A stretch of 64,000 nucleotides of DNA from an uncultured Bifidobacteriaceae bacterium (GTDB taxonomy: Bacteria; Bacteroidota; Bacteroidia; Chitinophagales; UBA10324). The position numbers and the translations under genes are program-made. The stretch's first letter is position 1. The number at the start of each line of letters is the position of its first letter. The notes beneath the pieces were generated by a model. It saw only the letters and a list, made by a program, of their open reading frames with translations, was not told where the DNA came from and ran no database searches. Below are positions 37,924 to 45,808 of this stretch, one piece after another. Location: contig CAZXFT010000013.1 in assembly GCA_964640655.1 (NCBI GenBank), forward strand, positions 13,010 to 77,009, in the 5' to 3' direction.

Positions 37924-38549
37924 TATGATAAGTAGTTTGAGCTTAATTGATTCTGTTTGTATTTCTTAAGTTGTTGAATTCCTTTTTCTGATAACAGGCC
38001 GTGAAGGAACATCATCATCGTTTGCTGATGCATTTTTTGAAATTCAGATTTTTTAAGTGGCATTAACTCTGGATTAAAGAATGCATCTATCTGAGACATA
38101 CGCATCAATGCAATCATTTCCGGGTCTATATCCTTGCGATAAAGATTTTCTGTAATACCGCGCTTAATATTCATAGCAACACCATCTTGCATGCAGGTTT
38201 TCATATGGTTTCGGTATAGTTTCCATGAGCGACTGAAATGATTGCGCAGGTCAAACAACATATCGGGATTAATGTTCTTGAAAACCTGAGACGTGAAGTC
38301 CATCACTTGTATCAGTTCATCAATAGCATCCTTAGAATTAATACGGAATGCATCCATCTGAGATTCTATTTGTAACAGTATCCGTTTGGTAACCTGATAT
38401 ACTAAAGCCTGTTTGTCTTCGAAATGCTGATAAAGCGTTTTCTTGGAAACACCCAGTCGCACAGCCAAATCGTCCATGGTGATGCTTCGCGCACCAAACT
38501 TTTTAAATATCAATTCGGACTCTGATAGAATCCGTTCTTTGGTAGTCAT
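37923..38549 (-). CDS. TetR/AcrR family transcriptional regulator
   Basis: N-terminal HTH FKKFGARSITMDDLAVRLGVSKKTLYQHFEDK. Its stop overlaps the tolC start by 1 nt. Confidence 0.9.
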   Translation of the reverse strand: MTTKERILSESELIFKKFGARSITMDDLAVRLGVSKKTLYQHFEDKQALVYQVTKRILLQIESQMDAFRINSKDAIDELIQVMDFTSQVFKNINPDMLFDLRNHFSRSWKLYRNHMKTCMQDGVAMNIKRGITENLYRKDIDPEMIALMRMSQIDAFFNPELMPLKKSEFQKMHQQTMMMFLHGLLSEKGIQQLKKYKQNQLSSNYLS

Positions 38550-38562
38550 AAATTCGAGGACG

Positions 38563-38570
38563 CAAACGTA
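38563..38570 (-). promoter_or_regulatory. Candidate -7 box (TACGTTTG) of the tetR-efflux operon
   Basis: The plus strand reads caaacgta, which is TAnnTTTG on the minus strand, 14 nt upstream of the tetR ATG. Confidence 0.4.
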
Positions 38571-38600
38571 TGGAAACTATTTTAACAATAATAGTTTCCA
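38571..38600. promoter_or_regulatory. Perfect 10-bp inverted repeat TGGAAACTAT-N10-ATAGTTTCCA (TetR operator and/or terminator of the upstream gene)
   Basis: Lies between the stop of the cytochrome-b5-like gene (38608) and the tetR -7 box, in the -33 region of the putative promoter. Confidence 0.5.
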
Positions 38601-38607
38601 TAAAGAT

Positions 38608-38838
38608 TTATTTTAAAAGAATGCCTATTGCTTTATATCTTTTAAATACATGTTCGGTGTGTGGTGCCATAGCCAGTTCCTCTGTAAGATCTTGACCGGC
38701 CCAATGTTCGTAATGCTTGCCATTTCGCCATAGTCTGCTCTCGCTTACATCGTAAATGACACCTTTATACGCTACCCATATCTCAGGCTTGTCCTGTCCA
38801 TTTCTTAAAGCAAGTTGAGATAGTGTATATTTCTCCAA
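38608..38838 (-). CDS. Cytochrome b5-like heme/steroid-binding domain protein
   Basis: YTLSQLALRNGQDKPEIWVAYKGVIYDVSESRLWRNGKHY...GQDLTEEL..APH matches the small bacterial cyt-b5 family. TTG start. Confidence 0.7.
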   Translation of the reverse strand: MEKYTLSQLALRNGQDKPEIWVAYKGVIYDVSESRLWRNGKHYEHWAGQDLTEELAMAPHTEHVFKRYKAIGILLK

Positions 38839-38849
38839 AATACTCAGGA

Positions 38850-39845
38850 TTAATGTTTTATGATATCATTTTTAATAAGATGTTGTAATATTTGCACTGC
38901 ATTTGTTGCTGCACCTTTACGTAAATTGTCAGACACCACCCAGCAGTTAAAAGCATTGGGTTGAAACAAATCCGCACGCAAACGACCAACAAACACTTCG
39001 TCGCGGTCTTCACAATAGCGTGGCATAGGATATAAGTTTTCCGACGGATTGTCTAACACAATTACTCCCGCACTTTTTTGCCACAGATTGATTATTTCTT
39101 TTGACTGAGCAGGCAAGTTTAGCTCAAAGTATATGCTTTCACTATGCCCATATTTTACAGGTACTCTCACTGTAGTCGCAGTAACAGCCATTTCGGGTGC
39201 GCGCATAATCTTACGTGTTTCATTCATCATCTTCATTTCTTCTTTAGTGAATCCGTTTTCAGTAAACGAATCAATATGAGGAAATAGATTCAAGTCTATG
39301 GTGTATGGATAAACTTTCTGTACAGGTTCGTCTTTACGTTCCGCATCCAGTTGTTTCAATGCTTTGGCTCCTGTTCCGCTTACAGATTGATAGGTGCTTG
39401 CTATGATTCTCTTCACTCCATACTTTATGTGTAGTGGATTCAATGCCATCACCATTTGAATGGTACTGCAATTTGGGTTTGCTATTATGTAACTGCTTTC
39501 TCTTAGTACATCAGCATTTATTTCAGGTACCACCAGGGGTATTCCGTCAGTCATTCGCCAGCAGGAGGAATTATCTATGACATAACACCCTGTTTCGGCA
39601 AACTTTGGAGCCCATATTTGAGAGACAGTTGATCCGGCTGAGAATAAAGCAGCCTGACATCCCGACATCACAGCTTGCTCAAGTGTAATTACGGGGTATG
39701 ATTTGCCTTGAAATTGAACTTCCATTCCCAATGATCGTTCAGAGGCTACGGGGATAAGTTCGCTGACAGGAATACTCCGCTCTTCAAGCACCTGAATCAT
39801 TTTGCGGCCAACCAAACCGGTGGCGCCTACTACTGCAAGTTTCAT
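38850..39845 (-). CDS. asd: Aspartate-semialdehyde dehydrogenase
   Basis: MKLAVVGATGLVGRKM NAD motif and the active site IIANPNCSTIQMV. ATG at 39845 is preferred, because the TTG at 39863 falls inside the candidate -7 box. Confidence 0.93.
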   Translation of the reverse strand: MKLAVVGATGLVGRKMIQVLEERSIPVSELIPVASERSLGMEVQFQGKSYPVITLEQAVMSGCQAALFSAGSTVSQIWAPKFAETGCYVIDNSSCWRMTDGIPLVVPEINADVLRESSYIIANPNCSTIQMVMALNPLHIKYGVKRIIASTYQSVSGTGAKALKQLDAERKDEPVQKVYPYTIDLNLFPHIDSFTENGFTKEEMKMMNETRKIMRAPEMAVTATTVRVPVKYGHSESIYFELNLPAQSKEIINLWQKSAGVIVLDNPSENLYPMPRYCEDRDEVFVGRLRADLFQPNAFNCWVVSDNLRKGAATNAVQILQHLIKNDIIKH

Positions 39846-39860
39846 AATTTGATAACGAGC

Positions 39861-39868
39861 CAAAGGTA
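39861..39868 (-). promoter_or_regulatory. Candidate -7 box (TACCTTTG) for asd
   Basis: The plus strand reads caaaggta, which is TAnnTTTG on the minus strand, 16 nt upstream of the ATG at 39845. Confidence 0.4.
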
Positions 39869-39918
39869 TAAAGCGCGCGCAACAAATCGGCTATATTTAC
39901 GGTTTCCAATTTTACAGT

Positions 39919-42534
39919 ATGCAATCCGGAATAAAGCTGATACTTCACATCATACTTATATGCATTGCTTTGCAGGGCAGTGCGCAATTTGTTGAAGATT
40001 TTAATGATGGAGATTATACAACAGGGAGTTTATGGAGTGGTGATGATATTAAATGGGAAGTTCTTGATACTATACTTTCTTCAAACAGCGAAGTTGCAAA
40101 TGACACGTTTTTTCTGAGTACTCCTGTAACTACTTTACCGGGTTTAGAATGGCGTATATTCATGAACCTAAAGTTTCAAACCTCATCAAATAATTATGTG
40201 GATGTATACCTGCTTTCCAATAATGCCAATCTCAAAGCAACTGATGTTAATGGTTACTTTGTTCGTGTAGGAAATACTCAGGATGAAATTTCTTTATACC
40301 GCAGAAGCGGCAGCATCATTACTAAAATAATTGATGGAATTGATGGCCGTTCACAGCCAGGAAGCACAGTGAATATGCATATTAAAGTAACCTGGAATGG
40401 TGCAGGCATATTTGAATTGCAAGATGATAACACTGGCAGCGGTATTAATTATTTTACCGAAGGATCAGTGGTAGACAATACATTTTCATCAGGAGATTAT
40501 TTTGGAATAAGTGTCAAACAATCAACTTCGAGTTTCTTTAAAAAACATTTATTTGATAACATTTACATAGGACCTATAGTCATTGATACAGAACCGCCAC
40601 AGTTGCTCGGCGCTTCCCCGATAACTTCAAAAATTCTGGATGTCTATTTCAATGAACCCGTTAAACAAACAACGGCAGAAGACATTAACAATTATGTTGT
40701 AAATAATAATATTGGCCTCCCCGACTCAGCGAGACTTAATTTTTCAAATCCTTCTGTGGTGCGTTTGTATTTTACAAATACCTTCACCAGTGGAAGTGCA
40801 TACACATTAACAGTGGCAGGTGTTGAGGATCTTAGCAATAACGCATTAACTTTTGCAAACGCAATTTTTAATTACTATATAGCACAACCGGGAGATATTG
40901 TTATCAATGAACTTATGGCCGATCCCGACCCTCCAGTAACCTTACCCAATGCGGAGTATATAGAATTATACAATGCATCTACATCAACTATTAATCTGGG
41001 TGGATGGAAATTTTCCGATTTATCTACTACAGCATCATTGCCTGCATACAATCTTGCCCCCGATAGCTTTGTTATTCTATGCATTAATACTAGTGCATCG
41101 ATATTCGCATCATTTGGTGCTGTGTTATCTGTTTCGAGCTTACCCTCATTAAATAACAGCAGCGATCATTTATTCTTAAGAAATTCTGATGATGTACTCA
41201 TTGATGATGTTGATTATATGGATTCATGGTATCAGAATTCCTCAAAGAAAGTCGGAGGGTGGTCGTTGGAGTTAATTGACCCTAATAGCCCTTGTGGAGG
41301 AGCATCCAACTGGATTGCAAGCAACGATTCATCCGGAGGAACACCCGGGAAAAAGAATTCAGTTTATTTAACTTTTGTGGATACTATGCCGCCTCTGGTT
41401 ACAGGAAGTTTTGTGGTGCCTTACGATACGATTGTCATTAATTATGATGAGGCAGTGGATAGTATTTTGGCTTCACAATCAAATAACTATTCCATTGATA
41501 ATGGCATTGGTCAACCTCAATCTGTGATAGTTGTATCACCACTTTTTACACAAGTTAAATTGATTGCTCCTTTTGCATTACAGTTAAATAAGAGTTATAC
41601 AGTTACAATTAATAGTGTCAAAGATTGTAAAGGAAACACATCTGCAACACCCACTATACTATCAATAGCAATCCCTGATACCATTAAACCACTCGATATA
41701 ATTGTCAATGAAATACTTTACAATCCAGCTTCTTCCGGGTATGATTATGTCGAAATTTATAACCGTTCAGAAAAAATCCTGGATTTAAAAGAGTTATTAC
41801 TCGGAGGTCTCAGTAGTACTGGAATATTAACAAAGAAAAATATTTCAACAATAACTAGTTTATTAAAACCAGGAGAGTTTGCTGTCATGTGTCAGGATAC
41901 GGCATGGTTACGTCAAAACTATTTTACAAACGATTATAAGACATTCATCAAACTGAGTAATTTGCCTTCCTATAGCGATGATATTGGAACAGTACTTCTG
42001 ATAAACAGCAATGGAATGACTATTGATAGTTTAACATATACCAATGATTGGAACTTTGCATTAATAGAAGATGATAATGGGGTTTCACTGGAACGTGTCA
42101 GCTATAATGCGCCTACCAACCAGCCCGACAACTGGCATTCTGCGGCTGCTATAGTTGGCTTTGGTACTCCGGGTTTAAAGAATTCAATGGCATTCGGAGA
42201 TATAGAATTGGATAATGAATTCACACTCGATTCAAAAGTATTTTCTCCAGATCAGGATGGTTATATGGATTTACTGCGCATCAATTATCAATTCGATAAA
42301 CCCGGCTACACCGGAAGCATTAGAATCTTTGATGAGCGTGGCACACTGATCAGGACACTTGTAAATAACCTTACCTTATCACAATCCGGTTTTATTATCT
42401 GGGATGGAATTGACGACAACGCAAAGCGTGCAGGTGTTGGTCCTTATGCTATACTCATTGAAGTATTTACAACAGACGGCACAGTGAAGAGGTATAAGAA
42501 AACTTGTGTGTTAGCCGGAAGAATCAGAGAATAA
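39919..42534 (+). CDS. Secreted protein with two lamin-tail domains (LTD), Ig-like spacers and a CHU_C/FlgD-Ig-like C-terminal sandwich
   Basis: Signal peptide. LTD signatures IVINELMADPDP...AEYIELYN...GGWKF and IIVNEILYNP...YDYVEIYN. C-terminus FSPDQDGYMDLL...IWDG.... Confidence 0.7.
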   Translation: MQSGIKLILHIILICIALQGSAQFVEDFNDGDYTTGSLWSGDDIKWEVLDTILSSNSEVANDTFFLSTPVTTLPGLEWRIFMNLKFQTSSNNYVDVYLLSNNANLKATDVNGYFVRVGNTQDEISLYRRSGSIITKIIDGIDGRSQPGSTVNMHIKVTWNGAGIFELQDDNTGSGINYFTEGSVVDNTFSSGDYFGISVKQSTSSFFKKHLFDNIYIGPIVIDTEPPQLLGASPITSKILDVYFNEPVKQTTAEDINNYVVNNNIGLPDSARLNFSNPSVVRLYFTNTFTSGSAYTLTVAGVEDLSNNALTFANAIFNYYIAQPGDIVINELMADPDPPVTLPNAEYIELYNASTSTINLGGWKFSDLSTTASLPAYNLAPDSFVILCINTSASIFASFGAVLSVSSLPSLNNSSDHLFLRNSDDVLIDDVDYMDSWYQNSSKKVGGWSLELIDPNSPCGGASNWIASNDSSGGTPGKKNSVYLTFVDTMPPLVTGSFVVPYDTIVINYDEAVDSILASQSNNYSIDNGIGQPQSVIVVSPLFTQVKLIAPFALQLNKSYTVTINSVKDCKGNTSATPTILSIAIPDTIKPLDIIVNEILYNPASSGYDYVEIYNRSEKILDLKELLLGGLSSTGILTKKNISTITSLLKPGEFAVMCQDTAWLRQNYFTNDYKTFIKLSNLPSYSDDIGTVLLINSNGMTIDSLTYTNDWNFALIEDDNGVSLERVSYNAPTNQPDNWHSAAAIVGFGTPGLKNSMAFGDIELDNEFTLDSKVFSPDQDGYMDLLRINYQFDKPGYTGSIRIFDERGTLIRTLVNNLTLSQSGFIIWDGIDDNAKRAGVGPYAILIEVFTTDGTVKRYKKTCVLAGRIRE

Positions 42535-42568
42535 GTATTTTAACGCTCGAAAAAATATTTAAGATTCG

Positions 42569-43453
42569 ATGAGTACTTCTTTGTTGCTGGTTGACGATGA
42601 TAAGAATTTTATAGAAACAATAAAACCGGTTCTGACACTACAAGGCTATTCAGTTGATACTGCCTTTGATGGGACTGAGGCCAAGAAAATACTGACAGAA
42701 CATCCCAAGAAATATGCAGCAGTAGTTCTTGATTGGAATATGCCTCAAATGAATGGTATTGATGTGTTGAAATGGATTAAACATCAGTCAGCATTTGAAC
42801 CCCTTCAGGTTATACTTCAAACTTCAAACGAATCAACAGATAATATCAAACAAGGTATTGAGGCCGGTGCTTTCTACTATTTGGTAAAGCCTTGTAAAAA
42901 AGAAGTATTGCTATCCACTATACGTTCTGCTGTACTGGATTACGAGCGTAAGAAAGAGTTGCTGCAAAAATTACGCGACAGCGAAAATTCATTCCGTCTT
43001 TTAGAGGAAGGAACCTTTAAATTCAGAACCATAGCCGAAGGTGATTTTCTGGCAATCAGAATTGCCAACATTGCTGCTCAACCCGAAGAAGCTATGTACG
43101 TAAGTGAATTGTTTGCCAATGCAGTTGAACACGGTAATCTAGGAATTACTTACGACGAGAAAACAGAGTTGATAGATAAGGGGTTATTAAAACAAGAGGT
43201 TGATACCAGATTAAGTCAGATTGAATATTCCGGCAAAAGTGTTCACGTAAACATTCGAAAGAACGACGGACGATTGCTTGTTAGAATACAGGATGAAGGA
43301 AAGGGGTTTGACTATAATAAATATTTACAATTTGACGATAGTCGCATCTTTGATAATCACGGTCGTGGTATAGCTATTTGCAACTCACTGCTCAAGATTC
43401 AATATGAGGGTAGTGGCAATGTGGTTCATGTTGAATTGTCTTATATAAACTAA
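42569..43453 (+). CDS. Response-regulator receiver fused to an RsbW/SpoIIAB-like (HATPase_c_2) serine-kinase domain
   Basis: REC: DDD(9-11), D55 (VVLDWNMP), T85, K107 (LVKP). C-terminus: N-box ELFANAVEHGN, G1 DEGKGFD, G2 HGRGIAI. No DHp/HisKA region. Confidence 0.75.
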   Translation: MSTSLLLVDDDKNFIETIKPVLTLQGYSVDTAFDGTEAKKILTEHPKKYAAVVLDWNMPQMNGIDVLKWIKHQSAFEPLQVILQTSNESTDNIKQGIEAGAFYYLVKPCKKEVLLSTIRSAVLDYERKKELLQKLRDSENSFRLLEEGTFKFRTIAEGDFLAIRIANIAAQPEEAMYVSELFANAVEHGNLGITYDEKTELIDKGLLKQEVDTRLSQIEYSGKSVHVNIRKNDGRLLVRIQDEGKGFDYNKYLQFDDSRIFDNHGRGIAICNSLLKIQYEGSGNVVHVELSYIN

Positions 43454-43473
43454 CCAAGTACTCTTATAAGTTC

Positions 43474-44631
43474 ATGAAATTCATACAACGGATTGTTTAT
43501 TTATATCTGTTGATGTCTTTGTTCTTTGGACGAATAGTTTGCGGGGTATTCATACTGCTTGCCCCATTGCTCAGAAAAAAACCGGTTAAAGATTTTTTGT
43601 TATTGCCGTACTCTCACAAGGATAATAGTGGTACGCGCACAAGAGTTCAAGAATATTTGTCCTTGCTTGAGCGTGATGGTTATTCCTACGATGTACATTA
43701 TATCTGCAATGCAGATTATTACAACTGGGTCTATTATCAACCCAAGAAAACCAAGATCAGAGAATATCTATTTTATCAAAGCATGTTCTGGAATCGTTTA
43801 AAGTGGTGTGTTCGCGCATCGAGATATAGAACAGTTTTCTTTCAACGTGCATTGTTTCCCGATTTTTATGAGCAAAGAGGGAATCCTTTGGAGTGTCTTT
43901 TACAGGCTTACAACAACGACATCATCGTTGATTTTTTTGATGCGGATTATGCACGTAACGCTAAGCTAATACAAGGAGTTATTCACCATTGCAATACTGT
44001 AAGTGTTGTGAACGATTTTTTGAAAAGTTATTTTGAAAAGTTTCACCAAAATGTAGTGCTAAATGACCTCTCTATTGATACAGCCCGATACATTCAGAAA
44101 AATGACTTCAATCTTTCTTCCCCGGTTCGTTTATTCTGGACAGGTAGCATTTCTAATTTAATGCACCTGAAAGAACTCTTACCTGCATTACGCAGAGTAC
44201 ATCAGTCGCATCCAATCAAATTAGTGATTGTTGGTCGGTCAAAGGGAGACATAGAAGATGATTTTGTTGAGCATCATTTATGGTCGGATAAAACTTTTAA
44301 TCAATTAATTACAGAATGCGACATCGCAGTTTACCCTGCATATCAGGCAGACGACTACACACAGGGAAAGGTAGCTTACAAATGCCTTGAATACGCTTCT
44401 TGTAAGATCCCAATGATTGCATCGCCTTATGGTCTTAGTTCAAGATTTACCACTGAAGACGCTATGATTGTTGTTAAAGAAGATGAGTGGGTTGATGTAC
44501 TGATTAAATTAATACAAGATCAAAAACTACGCGAGCAATTAGCTCAAAATGCTTTTAATAAAGTTGTTCGATATCACGACACAAAAGCAACATATAAGAA
44601 TTTTGTGAAAATTCTTACGGCTCGCTGGTAG
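43474..44631 (+). CDS. Glycosyltransferase (GT-B, family 4/1-like) with N-terminal membrane anchor
   Basis: N-terminal TM helix. C-terminal half with KLVIVG..., a YKCLEYASCKIPMIAS (E-x7-E-like) region and a coiled tail. Lies 20 nt after the upstream gene. Confidence 0.6.
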   Translation: MKFIQRIVYLYLLMSLFFGRIVCGVFILLAPLLRKKPVKDFLLLPYSHKDNSGTRTRVQEYLSLLERDGYSYDVHYICNADYYNWVYYQPKKTKIREYLFYQSMFWNRLKWCVRASRYRTVFFQRALFPDFYEQRGNPLECLLQAYNNDIIVDFFDADYARNAKLIQGVIHHCNTVSVVNDFLKSYFEKFHQNVVLNDLSIDTARYIQKNDFNLSSPVRLFWTGSISNLMHLKELLPALRRVHQSHPIKLVIVGRSKGDIEDDFVEHHLWSDKTFNQLITECDIAVYPAYQADDYTQGKVAYKCLEYASCKIPMIASPYGLSSRFTTEDAMIVVKEDEWVDVLIKLIQDQKLREQLAQNAFNKVVRYHDTKATYKNFVKILTARW

Positions 44632-44637
44632 GTATAA

Positions 44638-44663
44638 AAAAAACCGGCCTAGGCCGGTTTTAT
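44638..44663. terminator. Bidirectional intrinsic terminator
   Basis: AAAAAAAACCGGCCTAGGCCGGTTTT. There is a perfect 16-nt palindrome (44643-44658) flanked by an A-run and a T-run, between the convergent glycosyltransferase and rpoD genes. Confidence 0.85.
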
Positions 44664-44680
44664 AAAAAAATTGAGATTTC

Positions 44681-45550
44681 TTATTCGCCTAAGAACGACT
44701 TCAAAGATTTACTGCGAGTGCTGCTGCGCAACTTAGTAATAGCCTGGTCGCGAATTTGACGAACACGCTCTTTAGAAAGATTCAAACTTTCACCGATATC
44801 ATCTAAGCTCATGGCTTCGTTTCCACTCAAACCATAGTGTAAACGAATTACATCGCGCTGAGTTTTTGAAAGGCTGGCTAAAGACAATTCAGTTTCACGT
44901 TTTAATGAATCCTGGTAATCCATTTTTCTGTCAGCTTGCTCTGCATTGCCGTCTTGAATCACATCGAGGAGAGAGTTCGATTCACCTTCCTGGAAAGGAG
45001 CATCAAAAGATACGTGAGTACCGGAAATGCCTAATGTGTTTTCAATTTCTTCAGGTTTAACATCAAGAAACGCAGCCAATTCTTCCGGCGATGGCTCGCG
45101 CTCGTATTGTTGTTCCAAATCGGAGAAGGCTTTGTTAATCTTCATCAATGAGCCTAACTTGTTTGAAGGCAGACGTACCAAACGACTTTGTTCTGCAAGG
45201 GCTTTAATGATAGACTGGCGAATCCACCATACAGCGTATGAAATGAATTTGAAACCTTTAGATTCGTCGAAGCGCTGAGCGGCTTTAACCAAGCCCAGAT
45301 TTCCTTCGTTAATTAAGTCGTTTAACGACAAACTCTTGTTTTGATATTGTTTAGCAACCGATACAACGAAACGCAGGTTTGCGCTTACCAATCTTTCTAA
45401 TGCCGCCTGATCACCTTGCCTGATTTTTTGAGCAAGTATTACTTCCTCTTCAGGGGTTACCATCTCCACTTTTCCTATTTCCTGTAAGTACTTTTCTAAT
45501 GAATCGCTATCTCTTTTGGTTATTTGTTTTGAAATTTTTAACTGACGCAT
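44681..45550 (-). CDS. rpoD: Primary RNA polymerase sigma factor (Bacteroidota SigA/RpoD type, lacking region 1.1)
   Basis: [28 protein letters not shown]..., region 2 [54 protein letters not shown], region 4 [18 protein letters not shown]. Confidence 0.93.
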   Translation of the reverse strand: MRQLKISKQITKRDSDSLEKYLQEIGKVEMVTPEEEVILAQKIRQGDQAALERLVSANLRFVVSVAKQYQNKSLSLNDLINEGNLGLVKAAQRFDESKGFKFISYAVWWIRQSIIKALAEQSRLVRLPSNKLGSLMKINKAFSDLEQQYEREPSPEELAAFLDVKPEEIENTLGISGTHVSFDAPFQEGESNSLLDVIQDGNAEQADRKMDYQDSLKRETELSLASLSKTQRDVIRLHYGLSGNEAMSLDDIGESLNLSKERVRQIRDQAITKLRSSTRSKSLKSFLGE

Positions 45551-45665
45551 CTATTTCTCTTGTTTTTTTAATTTTTTAATTTTTTTATCGATTAAAATGT
45601 TCCTTTCAAGCTGCAATTATTGTGCTCTTTTTTAGCAAACTGCCAGTTTTTTCAACCGATTGGCG

Positions 45666-45673
45666 CAAATATA
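45666..45673 (-). promoter_or_regulatory. Candidate -7 box (TATATTTG) for rpoD
   Basis: The plus strand reads caaatata, which is TAnnTTTG on the minus strand, about 115 nt upstream of the ATG. The leader contains A7-UU-A6-UU-A7. Confidence 0.4.
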
Positions 45674-45808
45674 GAAGAATAGACCTTTGTTCCAACTCTA
45701 CCCCTAAAATATTTTATTTATCCTCAAATTCAAGCAAAAAATGAATTTTATACCAACATGTGGGTAACCATATTGCTGTGCTCTCGTAAATAGCCAGACC
45801 TTGAAAAT

